Source: Halomicrobium mukohataei DSM 12286 (GTDB lineage Archaea > Halobacteriota > Halobacteria > Halobacteriales > Haloarculaceae). From it: a stretch of DNA of 32,000 bases. Numbering within the stretch: position 1 is the first letter of the stretch; each line of letters starts with the position of its first letter. Location: the NCBI RefSeq assembly GCF_000023965.1, contig NC_013202.1:1290001-1322000 (forward strand), written 5' to 3'. This document shows, piece after piece, positions 20,496 through 28,839 of this stretch. The notes below the pieces were generated by a model, which made no database searches, was not told the DNA's origin, and saw only the letters and a program-made list of their open reading frames with translations. The position numbers and the translations under genes were made by a program.

Positions 20496-22028
20496 CTAGT
20501 GCTCGTCGTCCGTCTCGACGCGGAGGGTCGCGATCGCCTCGACGGCGTCGGCTTCGAGCACCAGCCGGACGGCGAGGGAACCACCGGCCGGGATTGCGTG
20601 GGGCGACGTGTCGTCGTCGGGGAAGTCGGTCACGTCGTCGCCGTCGATGTGCTCGATCGTCACGCCGTCCGTGACCGGCGCTCCCTCTTCGTCGAGGGCG
20701 ACGATCCGTACGCTTGCCGCGCTCGATCCGGCGTTTCTGACGGTGAACGCGGGGTCGAGCGTCACGGTCTCGTCGTCGGCCACGTCGTAGCCCAGTATCG
20801 TCCTCCCGTCCTCGGTCTCGCCGACCGAGGCGGACTCGCCGCCGAGGAGTTCGAGCGTCGCCGGGCTCTCGTCGGCGAGGACGGCGACGAAGTCGTGCTC
20901 GTCGGACCGCCACAGGACGAACGCGAGGAGACCCGCGGCCAGCACCACCAGTCCGCCCAGGAGCACCGGCGCGAAGCCACCGAGCTCCAGTGGCGACTGA
21001 CTCTGCTCGCCGACCGTGACCGTCACGGACTCGTTGTGGCCCTGAATCTCGTACGATCCCGGCTCGTCGAAGCTAACGGTGCCGCTGACGGTCGTCCGTT
21101 CGCCCGGTTCGAGCGTCACCGTCTCGGACGCGATGACGCCGCCACCGCCGCGAATCTCGACCGCCCTCGTCGCGGTGTCCGCCCCGCGGTTCTCGACGGT
21201 CGCCGTCACCGTGATCGTCTCCCCGACGGTCGGCGACTCGGGGTCGGTCGTCAGGCCGACCACTTCGATCCCCGCCGTCGACGCGTTCGTCGGCTGGCCG
21301 CCGCCACCGACCTCGGTCCGGGTCGGCGTGGGCGTCGCGGTTCCGGGAGTGGTGGTGCCGTCGCCCGTCGATTCCGTCGGCGTCGCGGTGTCGTCGGTCG
21401 TGTCACCGCCACCCGTGCCGCCGCCGGTCGTGCCGCTGCCCGTAGTGTCGGTCGGCGTCGGGGTATCCGTCGGCGTCGCGGTCGAGGCTGGCGGTCCGCC
21501 GGTGCCTCCACCGCCAGTGCCTCCGCCGCCAGTGCCTCCACCGCCCGTTCCACCGCCGCCGGTCCCGCCTTCGCTGGTCTCGTCGGGAATCTCGGCGCGG
21601 AGCGTGATCGACTCCATGACGACGCCGGGCGTTCCGCTCTCGACGGCGAACCCGATCCGAACGGATTCGCCGTCGGTGAGCGTCACCGGATCGGTCTCGT
21701 CTTCGACGGACGTGCCGGTGTCCATCCGGTAGAAATTGACGGCAGAACGGTCGTCTTCGATCCAGACGCTGGCCTCTGCCAGATCGGTGCCGAGGACGAA
21801 CACGTCGTCGACGACGGTTCGCGAGTCCGGATTCAGGTTCGAGATCTCGACGCGAAGCTGCCCGTCCGGTCCGATCTCGGCGTACTGCTCCCCGTTGGCC
21901 GTGTCGGCGGGATCGAGATAGACGCCACGGACGGCCTCGTCACCCGTCGCGAACGCACCAGTAGTCGTGGCGATGGCGAAAGCGCCGGCTACCAGGAGTG
22001 CGAGGAACAGCGACCGGTGAGTGTCCAT
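20496..22028 (-). CDS. Surface protein: signal peptide, DUF1102-like module, Gly/Thr linker, CARDB-like Ig domain, TM helix, second DUF1102-like module
   Basis: 510 aa. Signal MDTHRSLFLALLVAGAFAIATTTGAFA, then a beta-rich module (VYLDPADTANGEQYAEIGPDGQLRVEISNLNPDSRTVVDDVFVLG..VWIEDD). (GGTGG)5 and T/P/D linkers follow, then a CARDB-like domain (TVGETITVTATVENRGADTATRAVEIRGGG...EPGSYEI). Next comes the TM helix FAPVLLGGLVVLAAGLLAFVLW. About 150 further residues resemble the first module (TLDPAFTVRNAGSSAASVRIVALDE..). Confidence 0.75.
   Translation of the reverse strand: MDTHRSLFLALLVAGAFAIATTTGAFATGDEAVRGVYLDPADTANGEQYAEIGPDGQLRVEISNLNPDSRTVVDDVFVLGTDLAEASVWIEDDRSAVNFYRMDTGTSVEDETDPVTLTDGESVRIGFAVESGTPGVVMESITLRAEIPDETSEGGTGGGGTGGGGTGGGGTGGGGTGGPPASTATPTDTPTPTDTTGSGTTGGGTGGGDTTDDTATPTESTGDGTTTPGTATPTPTRTEVGGGGQPTNASTAGIEVVGLTTDPESPTVGETITVTATVENRGADTATRAVEIRGGGGVIASETVTLEPGERTTVSGTVSFDEPGSYEIQGHNESVTVTVGEQSQSPLELGGFAPVLLGGLVVLAAGLLAFVLWRSDEHDFVAVLADESPATLELLGGESASVGETEDGRTILGYDVADDETVTLDPAFTVRNAGSSAASVRIVALDEEGAPVTDGVTIEHIDGDDVTDFPDDDTSPHAIPAGGSLAVRLVLEADAVEAIATLRVETDDEH
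21496..21570 (-). repeat. Coding tandem repeat, 15-nt unit x5, encoding (GGTGG)5
   Basis: CCGCCGGTGCCTCCA / CCGCCAGTGCCTCCG / CCGCCAGTGCCTCCA / CCGCCCGTTCCACCG / CCGCCGGTCCCGCCT are read directly. The minus strand encodes GGTGGGGTGGGGTGGGGTGGGGTGG. Confidence 0.9.
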
Positions 22029-22115
22029 CTCGTTACCTTACCATTCGTCTAGCTCGTTTTGCCGTCGGCTGGGTAGTCGCTACGGCCGCGTCGTCTGTCT
22101 GGCGGGAGACCGAGA

Positions 22116-22688
22116 TCAGTTCTCGTTGGCGACGATCACGAGCGATCCGTTTCCGTCGGTGCTGGGGGAGTCCGGCACTTCTTTGCCGGCCTTGACCGTC
22201 GCTTTGAGGTCGAGCGAGCCTCCGCTGCTGCCCGAGGATCCACCGGTCAGCGGGTTCTGTGTGCCATCGAGGTCGAACGTCACGATCGCGTCGAGATCGC
22301 CGCCGGTACCGATACCGATCGTCGCGCTGTCACCGGCGGAACCGCCCGAGGGCCCGTTCAGCTGGATGTCCACGTCGGTCGCGGAGTTGTTCGTGATCGT
22401 GACGACGGAGTCGATGATCGTCGTCGCGTCGTCGTTCAGCCCCTCTGCACCGCCACCACTACTCGCACCGAGTGCCTCACCGATGTTGATGGTCAGCGTG
22501 TCGCCGGTGGTGTCGTTCGTGACGTAGGTGCCGTCTCCTGCGAGACCGATCAGACCGGACGCGTCACCGGTGGTGGTGACGTCGACCGTTCGGTCCGCTT
22601 CGACCGTCGTCAGGGCACCGCTGCCCAGGACTGCGCCGCTTCCAACTGCCGCTGTGCCAATGCCGATGAGTAGGTTCCGTCGATTCAT
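22116..22688 (-). CDS. Small secreted protein with RR signal peptide, DUF1102-like (candidate major subunit of the locus)
   Basis: 190 aa. MNRRNLLIGIGTAAVGSGAVLGSGALTTVEADRTVDVTTTGDASGLIGL is a Tat-like RR plus hydrophobic core, followed by the A-D-R-x-V-x-V...D-A-x-x-L-I-G motif shared with the 285-aa paralogue. The rest is a G/T/D/S-rich beta protein (GLNDDATTIIDSVVTITNNSATDVDIQL). First gene of the minus-strand operon. Confidence 0.8.
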   Translation of the reverse strand: MNRRNLLIGIGTAAVGSGAVLGSGALTTVEADRTVDVTTTGDASGLIGLAGDGTYVTNDTTGDTLTINIGEALGASSGGGAEGLNDDATTIIDSVVTITNNSATDVDIQLNGPSGGSAGDSATIGIGTGGDLDAIVTFDLDGTQNPLTGGSSGSSGGSLDLKATVKAGKEVPDSPSTDGNGSLVIVANEN

Positions 22689-22902
22689 AGTTCACGACCA
22701 CCCACCAAGGTGGTTATCGTAACATGTTCACCCACTCATAAATAGCTTGCGCGTCTTTCGCTTCCTGAAGTCGAGATATCCAGCGTTTCATACCGTCTAT
22801 TGCGTGTTTGTCGTTGTCACACCCGCAATAAGGCGACGTGATTGTACTATTAAAACAGTGATGCTTGGGCGAAAGCAACCGTCGGGCCGGTCGTCATCTT
22901 GA

Positions 22903-22980
22903 TACTGCCGGCTGTACGTCTGTACAGAATTTCGCGACCCCGTGGTCGCGAATCTCGTGACACAGTTACAGCCGGCTGTA
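22903..22980. repeat. Palindromic intergenic element, copy E1 (78-bp nested palindrome)
   Basis: The outer sites are TACTGCCGGCTGTA (22903-22916) and the perfect palindrome TACAGCCGGCTGTA (22967-22980). The inner hairpin is TTCGCGACC-CCGT-GGTCGCGAA (22931-52). All share the symmetry centre at 22941/22942. TCTGTACAGA (22919-22928) is a further 10-bp palindrome. The core 22908-22975 aligns 50/68 with 15776-15843. Confidence 0.8.
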
Positions 22981-23022
22981 TGACCGTCACGTCTTTGGTA
23001 GTGGCCCAGACAGTAGCGTGCA

Positions 23023-24195
23023 ATGGGAACGGGCGACAGTTCGGCGTCGGTACTGCGAGTGCGTCACCTGATCGCACAGCACCTCGCGATCGCGGTGGTC
23101 GTCTGCCTGGTGCTGGCCGGGGCCGGTGGGTTCGTCGCCTACGCCGAGTACAGCGCGCCCGACACGACGACCGAGCAACGCGTCACCGCCTCGTGGACGA
23201 CCGACAGCTCGTTCGCCCACCAGGCCACCGTCGAGCGCTCGACACGGGCCTTCGAGGCGGGCACGGTCCTCCGGAACCGATCGGCGTACCTGTTTCGCGT
23301 GACGCCGACGCTGACCGGAGAGTACCGGTTCCGACACGAGGGCGCTCCCGGGGCGGCGACCGTCGCGACGGACGTACAGCTGGTCAAGCGCTCGGTCGGC
23401 GGGACCGGCGACGACCGCACCGAGTTCTGGCGCGTCACCGACTCGCTGGCCTCGGCGGAGACGACGATCGCACCCGGCGAGAGCGCACGCACGAGCTTTC
23501 GGGTGAACGTCTCCCGGCAGCGCAACGAGACCAGGCAGATCGAGCGCGAACTCGGTGGGACGCCGGGGCGCATCGAGCTGTTCGTCCTCGTCACCACGAA
23601 CGTGACGACGACCGTGGACGGAGAGCGACTCGAACGGAGCCGGACCGAGCGACTGACGATCCGACCGGCCACCGCCACGTACGCAGTCACATCGAACACG
23701 ACGGGTGCGCGAGACGAGCCGATCAGCACGGAGACCGTCTCCGTCCCCGTCGAGAAGAACAGCGCCCGGATCTACGGCGGCGTGGCGTTCGCAGTGCTTT
23801 CGCTGCTCGCCGCGGCGGGACTGGTCGTCGCCGACCGCCGCGATCGGCTGTCGGTCCCACCCGAGACGGTCGCAGCGATACGGACCGAACGGACGCGCGA
23901 CCGCTTCGACGAGTGGATCTCGGTCGGGCGCGTCCCCGAACCGGCCGACGACGACCGCGTCGTCACCGTCGACTCGCTGACGGACTTAGTCGACGTGGCG
24001 ATCGACAGCGATCGCCGCGTGATCGAGGACGGCGACGACGGCCGGTTCGTGGTACTCGTCGACCGGGTGCGGTACTGCTACGAGCCCCGAGCCCCGACTG
24101 CCGGCTCGACGGAGTCGGTGAGTGACGGCTCCAACGGGGCGACCGACTCCGTCGGCGAAGATGGCCCGGACCCGGCGAGAGACGACGACAGCTGA
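23023..24195 (+). CDS. Two-TM membrane protein, DUF5305-like architecture
   Basis: 390 aa. Has an N-terminal TM (LAIAVVVCLVLAGAGGFVAY) and an extracytoplasmic domain of about 230 aa (TASWTTDSSFAHQATVE..RNRSAYLFRVTPTLTGEYRF..). A second TM (IYGGVAFAVLSLLAAAGLVVA) and an acidic cytoplasmic tail (DEWISVGRVPEP..VVTVDSLTDLVDVAIDSDRRVIEDGD) follow. I recall this layout as DUF5305, often annotated next to archaeal signal peptidase genes. Not verifiable here. Confidence 0.7.
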   Translation: MGTGDSSASVLRVRHLIAQHLAIAVVVCLVLAGAGGFVAYAEYSAPDTTTEQRVTASWTTDSSFAHQATVERSTRAFEAGTVLRNRSAYLFRVTPTLTGEYRFRHEGAPGAATVATDVQLVKRSVGGTGDDRTEFWRVTDSLASAETTIAPGESARTSFRVNVSRQRNETRQIERELGGTPGRIELFVLVTTNVTTTVDGERLERSRTERLTIRPATATYAVTSNTTGARDEPISTETVSVPVEKNSARIYGGVAFAVLSLLAAAGLVVADRRDRLSVPPETVAAIRTERTRDRFDEWISVGRVPEPADDDRVVTVDSLTDLVDVAIDSDRRVIEDGDDGRFVVLVDRVRYCYEPRAPTAGSTESVSDGSNGATDSVGEDGPDPARDDDS

Positions 24196-24217
24196 GCCGA
24201 CGCGCTGTCTCCGGCGC

Positions 24218-25075
24218 TCACACCTGTGCTATCTTCCAGAACTGGTTTTTGACGCTCGGATTCGATCCCTTCCAGGGCCACTGGATCGCCGCCAGGCCTG
24301 TTTCGGTCTCACCGCCCTCGATGTCGATGACGTACCCGCTCCCCTCGTTTTCGATCCGATACTGGTCTGGTGCGTTCGGTATCGGCACGACGTTCCAGCG
24401 CTGGTAGTCCGTTCCGTCCGGAGATTCGAGTACCAGTGGTGACCCGCTGCTGTCGCGGTTCTCCGGCGTGATGACGCCGTCACGCCAATAGTGCTCTATC
24501 GTGTACGCACAGCCGTCTCCGGTCGGTGTAAAGTACCACGAAGTGGGGAAACCCAATTGCTCGACTCTGTTATCATTCCACCAGTCGTATCCCAAATATC
24601 GACGATCAGAATGCATCGGTGAGAGTTGATACGATCCTTTACTGAGCGGTAGCGTCGTCACCCGTCGCGTCAGATCGATCTCCGCTCCCTGCCCCGTCGC
24701 GCTAATTCGCACCTCGTCGGCGGTGCCATCGTCCGGGGCGAACTCCACGTCGACGGTGTTGTCGGGTCCCGGCGGCAGCGGGAACTGGACCCGCTTGCGC
24801 CGTCGTTCCGTTCGCGGATGCAGCACGTCGATAGCGTCGGTCTCGATCTCGACGACGAACTGGTTCTGGCCGTTGTTCGTGAGCGAGAGCCCGCCGCCAC
24901 AGCCCGATGTGCCCTCGATACCGAGCAACGCGTCGGAGTCGGAAACGACATCGACGGAGGTCTGTCGATTCGCCGTCGACTTCGCCAGCCCGAGCGTCTG
25001 TCCCGCGAGGAGAGCGCCACCGCTCCCCATGAGGGCCAGCGCACCGCGACGCGTGAGCGTTCGCCTGTCCACCAC
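24218..25075 (-). CDS. Secreted DUF1102-like module fused to a ricin-type beta-trefoil lectin domain
   Basis: 285 aa with a GTG start. The Tat-like signal is VDRRTLTRRGALALMGSGGALLAGQTLGLA. TANRQTSVDVVSDSDALLGIEG and LSLTNNGQNQFVVEIE parallel the 190-aa protein. The C-terminal ~130 aa carry three QxW repeats (YQRWNVV, AIQWPW, NQFWKI), typical of ricin B/CBM13 lectins. Confidence 0.8.
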   Translation of the reverse strand: MVDRRTLTRRGALALMGSGGALLAGQTLGLAKSTANRQTSVDVVSDSDALLGIEGTSGCGGGLSLTNNGQNQFVVEIETDAIDVLHPRTERRRKRVQFPLPPGPDNTVDVEFAPDDGTADEVRISATGQGAEIDLTRRVTTLPLSKGSYQLSPMHSDRRYLGYDWWNDNRVEQLGFPTSWYFTPTGDGCAYTIEHYWRDGVITPENRDSSGSPLVLESPDGTDYQRWNVVPIPNAPDQYRIENEGSGYVIDIEGGETETGLAAIQWPWKGSNPSVKNQFWKIAQV

Positions 25076-25171
25076 CGGTCACCACCGACCTATACGGTTG
25101 GTAACACGAAGTTGCCGAGGCGGACACATTAACCTTGTTCTCCGCTCACCGGCCGATATCGCCCCGTGCTG

Positions 25172-25230
25172 TTGGCTGTCACTTCGTGAAGGGATCACCA
25201 CCCGGAGGTGGCGAAATCGGTCACTCGATG
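25172..25230. repeat. Palindromic intergenic element, partial copy E4
   Basis: TTGGCTGTCACTTCGTGAAGGGATCACCACCCGGAGGTGGCGAAATCGGTCAC aligns with the reverse complement of E2 (CCGGCTGTCCCTTCGTGCAGATCTTCGCCACCCCGGGGTGGCAAAATCCGTGAC). The central CCACC..GGTGG hairpin is kept. The distal arm is replaced by the 3' end of the usp gene. Confidence 0.55.
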
Positions 25231-25658
25231 TTGACGACAAGCACCGGCACGTCGACGCCCTTCAAGACGCGTTCGGTGACGCTGCCGAGCGTGGCGACCC
25301 GATCACGACCCGTCTGGCCGTGGGTCCCCATCGTGACCACGTCGACGTCGTTGTTCGTCGCGTACTTCTGAATCGTCTTGTGCGGAATCCCCTCCTCCAT
25401 CGCGGTCTCGACCGTCACCCCGGCGTCCTCGGCGGTGACTGTCACGTCGTCGATCGCGACCTCGCCCTGTTCGCGCAGCGCCTCGATCACGTCGTCCTGG
25501 GTCTCCTTGTCGGCCGCGAGGAAGCGCCGACGGTCGACCACGTACAGGACGTGCAGCGTCGCGTCGTGGTTCCGGGCCAGCGTGAGCGCGTGGCCAACGG
25601 TCTCTTCGGTGCCCTTGCTTCCGTCGGTCGGCAGCAAAATGTCGTCGTACGTCTCCAT
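25221..25658 (-). CDS. Universal stress protein (UspA family)
   Basis: The track ORF extends to 25733, but the ATG at 25658 gives [42 protein letters not shown]...[36 protein letters not shown]. This is the canonical Usp fold with the G-2x-G-9x-G(S/T) ATP-binding motif. A TATA-like box lies about 30 nt upstream. Confidence 0.9.
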   Translation of the reverse strand: METYDDILLPTDGSKGTEETVGHALTLARNHDATLHVLYVVDRRRFLAADKETQDDVIEALREQGEVAIDDVTVTAEDAGVTVETAMEEGIPHKTIQKYATNNDVDVVTMGTHGQTGRDRVATLGSVTERVLKGVDVPVLVVNIE

Positions 25659-25797
25659 CGTTCCCCCGTTCGTCGGCCTCCCCAATATGTGTGGTCCCGT
25701 CGTGGCGACGACACTGACACCTGACTGGATCAAGTGGGGAGCGACTCAGCCACTCCGTCTCAATACACTTATCCCACCGTGTCGTTTTGTGCCGTCC

Positions 25798-27720
25798 ATG
25801 AGCACGGTCACGGTCACGCTACCGGATGGCTCCCCTCTCGAACTTGAGGTCGGGGCCACCGTCGAGGACGCCGCCTACGAGATCGGCCCGGGTCTCGGCT
25901 CGGACACGGTTGCCGGCGTCGTCGACGGTGAGCTCGTCGACAAACACACCCCGCTGCCCGACGATGCAGACCTCGAGATCGTCACAGACGGGGCCGACGA
26001 GTACGTCGACGTGCTTCGCCACTCGGCGGCACACGTCTTCGCACAGGCGCTCCAGCGACTGTACCCGGAGGCAGAGCTGACACTGGGACCGTGGACCGAC
26101 GACGGCTTCTACTACGACGTGACCGGCGTCGACCTCGACGAGGACGACCTCGAAGACATCGAGGAAGAGGCCCACGAGATCATCGCTGAGGACCTCGACA
26201 TCGAACGCGTCATGCTCGACCGCGAGGCGGCGCTCGATCGCTACGAGGACAACGAGTACAAGCAGGAGATCCTGGCGACGGAGGCGGCCGGCGAGGACCC
26301 CGTCTCGTTCTACGAACAGGGCGAGTTTTACGACCTCTGTCAGGGCCCCCACGTCGAGTCGACCGGCGAGATCGGCGGCTTCGCGCTGCTGGAGATGTCG
26401 GCCTCCTACTGGCGCGGCGAGGAAGACAACGACACCCTCACGCGGGTGTACGGCACCGCGTTCCCGACCGAGGAGGAGCTCGACGAGTACCTGGAGCGCC
26501 GCCAGAAGGCCAAGGAACGCGACCACCGCAAGATCGGCCAGGAGATGGACCTGTTCTCCATCGACGAGACGACGGGTCCGGGACTCCCGCTGTACGAACC
26601 CAACGGGAAGACGGTCCTCAACGAACTCTCCGAGTACGTCGCCGATCTGAACCGCGAGGCCGGCTACGACGAGGTCGAGACGCCCCACGTCTTCCGCACC
26701 GAGCTGTGGAAGAAGTCGGGCCACTACGACAACTACGTCGACGACATGTTCCTGCTGGACGTCAACGACGAGGAGTACGGCCTCAAGCCGATGAACTGTC
26801 CGGGCCACGCGACGATCTTCGACCAGAAGTCCTGGTCCTATCGCGACCTGCCGATCCGCTACTTCGAGGACGGCAAGGTCTACCGCAAGGAACAGCGCGG
26901 CGAGCTATCTGGGCTCTCGCGGACGTGGTCGTTCACGATCGACGACGGCCACCTGTTCGTCCGGCCCGACCAGATCGAGGCGGAGGTCCTGTCGATCATG
27001 GACATCATCCTCGACATCCTGGACACGTTCTCGCTCGACTACACCGTCCAGTTCGCCACCCGCCCCGAGAAGTCCACCGGAAGCGACGAGATCTGGGAGA
27101 AGGCAGAGTCCCAGCTCGAAGCGGTGTTAGAGCAAGAGGGCATCGACTACGTCGTCGAAGAGGGCGACGGCGCGTTCTACGGCCCGAAGATCGACTTCGC
27201 CTTCGAGGACGCGCTTGGTCGCCACTGGGACGGCCCGACCGTCCAGCTGGACTTCAACATGCCCGACCGGTTCGATCTGACCTACACGGGCGAGGACAAC
27301 GAAGACCACCGCCCGGTGATGATCCACCGCGCGCTCTATGGCAGCTACGAGCGGTTCTTCATGGTGCTCATCGAGCACTACAACGGGAAGTTCCCGCCGT
27401 GGCTCGCGCCCGAGCAGGTCCGCATCCTCCCGGTCAGCGACGACAACATCGACTACTGCGAGGAGATCGCGGCGGAGCTCGACGACTTCCGCGTCGAGAT
27501 CGAGGACCGCTCGTGGACGGTCGGCAAGAAGATCCAGGTCGCCCACGACGACAAGGTGCCCTACATGATGGTCATCGGCGACGACGAGGAGGCAGCCGGG
27601 ACCATCTCCGTCCGGGACCGCAAGGAGCGCGAGGAGAAAGACCTCGAACTGGCCGACTTCGAGCAGCACCTCGAACGCGAGGTCGAGCAGAAGCGCACCG
27701 CCGTCACGTACCTCGTGTAG
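25798..27720 (+). CDS. thrS: Threonyl-tRNA synthetase (TGS + editing + class II core + anticodon-binding domain)
   Basis: The in-frame ATG at 25798 gives [30 protein letters not shown].. (TGS). Next come [12 protein letters not shown] (editing-domain HxxxH), class II motifs ([53 protein letters not shown]) and the anticodon-binding domain (VRILPVSD..). A TATA-like box lies about 29 nt upstream. The upstream part of the track ORF (from 25378) is off-gene. Confidence 0.95.
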   Translation: MSTVTVTLPDGSPLELEVGATVEDAAYEIGPGLGSDTVAGVVDGELVDKHTPLPDDADLEIVTDGADEYVDVLRHSAAHVFAQALQRLYPEAELTLGPWTDDGFYYDVTGVDLDEDDLEDIEEEAHEIIAEDLDIERVMLDREAALDRYEDNEYKQEILATEAAGEDPVSFYEQGEFYDLCQGPHVESTGEIGGFALLEMSASYWRGEEDNDTLTRVYGTAFPTEEELDEYLERRQKAKERDHRKIGQEMDLFSIDETTGPGLPLYEPNGKTVLNELSEYVADLNREAGYDEVETPHVFRTELWKKSGHYDNYVDDMFLLDVNDEEYGLKPMNCPGHATIFDQKSWSYRDLPIRYFEDGKVYRKEQRGELSGLSRTWSFTIDDGHLFVRPDQIEAEVLSIMDIILDILDTFSLDYTVQFATRPEKSTGSDEIWEKAESQLEAVLEQEGIDYVVEEGDGAFYGPKIDFAFEDALGRHWDGPTVQLDFNMPDRFDLTYTGEDNEDHRPVMIHRALYGSYERFFMVLIEHYNGKFPPWLAPEQVRILPVSDDNIDYCEEIAAELDDFRVEIEDRSWTVGKKIQVAHDDKVPYMMVIGDDEEAAGTISVRDRKEREEKDLELADFEQHLEREVEQKRTAVTYLV

Positions 27721-28752
27721 TCACGCGTCTTCGCTTTCGTCGCCCCCGGAGTGGACGGTGTCTCTGAGGACGAGCGGGCCGATCGACAGCGTCCGCTTCG
27801 CGACGGTGACGATCCGCAGGACGTAGGCCAGCAGGACGACGAACGGGACCAGCGCGACCGTCGTCGCCGCGCTGACCAGCCAGACGACGCTGTCGACGCC
27901 GAGGACGGATCCCTGCACGACGGCCGTCTGTCCGCCGTAGAGGATCATACCGGCCGAGACGATCAGCGCCGGGACGGCGGCGTACGCGATCGCCCGCGAG
28001 AGCTCGATCAGCTCCCACTGGAAGTACAGCGTCTTGATGTGCTCGCGGGCCGGCCCGAAGAGGGACAGCGTCTCGACGAGGTCGTCGAGCGTCTCGCCAG
28101 CGTCGTCGCCGGTCGCGTCGGCCGCCCTCAGCCGGCGTGCCTCGTAGATCTTGCTCGCGTAGTTGAAGTTCAGTGCGGCGAACACGACCTCGAAGGTACC
28201 GAACTGAGAGCCATCGAGGTCGTCCCCGACGGCGTCGGCGTCCGCGAGGAGGTCGTCGGCGAACGACCGCAGTTGCTCGTCGCCGCTTTCGTCGGCCGCC
28301 GTCTGTAGTGTCGCAGCCTGCCGACCGACCGCCGCGACGAGCGACCGGAGAAAGCTCGCCGGATCCGGGGGCGTCACGTCGCTGTCGACGACCGATTCGA
28401 CCGACCGCCGGAACGACATGGCACCGTCCATCCGTTCCTGTTGGTCCCCCAGCGCCCCGAGTTCCTGTGACAGCACCAGCTGAGAGAGCGTCACGACGAG
28501 CGTGACGCCGGTGATGATCGCCGTCAACAGTCCCTGGAACAGCGTCTCGACGGGATCCGAGCTGCCCATGGCCGCCCGCAGGTCGGTCCCGACGACCTGA
28601 CTCAGTCCCACGAGCGCGACGAAGACCGACAGGAGCGCGAGCGCCGCCACCACGCGCCGATCCGCGCCGAGCAGCAGCCAGAGTTTCCATCGGCTCTCTT
28701 CGGCGCGCTCTCGCATCGTCCCGGCACCGATGTCACTGTCGGCGGCTGGCAT
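27721..28752 (-). CDS. Polytopic membrane protein, function unknown
   Basis: The track ORF starts at GTG 28773. The ATG at 28752 (MPAADSDIGAG..) sits about 29 nt from a TATA-like TTATAGA (28778-28784) and is preferred. Has two N-terminal TM helices, a helical soluble region and C-terminal TM helices (IAYAAVPALIVSAGMILYGG, VVWLVSAATTVALVPFVVLLAYVL). Its stop directly abuts the thrS stop. Confidence 0.65.
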   Translation of the reverse strand: MPAADSDIGAGTMRERAEESRWKLWLLLGADRRVVAALALLSVFVALVGLSQVVGTDLRAAMGSSDPVETLFQGLLTAIITGVTLVVTLSQLVLSQELGALGDQQERMDGAMSFRRSVESVVDSDVTPPDPASFLRSLVAAVGRQAATLQTAADESGDEQLRSFADDLLADADAVGDDLDGSQFGTFEVVFAALNFNYASKIYEARRLRAADATGDDAGETLDDLVETLSLFGPAREHIKTLYFQWELIELSRAIAYAAVPALIVSAGMILYGGQTAVVQGSVLGVDSVVWLVSAATTVALVPFVVLLAYVLRIVTVAKRTLSIGPLVLRDTVHSGGDESEDA

Positions 28753-28839
28753 AGCTGCCCGTTCGAAGGCCACGTCCTTATAGAAACGATCGGGGCGACG
28801 GACGGCGTGGCTCCGGCCGGTGGCGCTCGGTAGTGAGTC

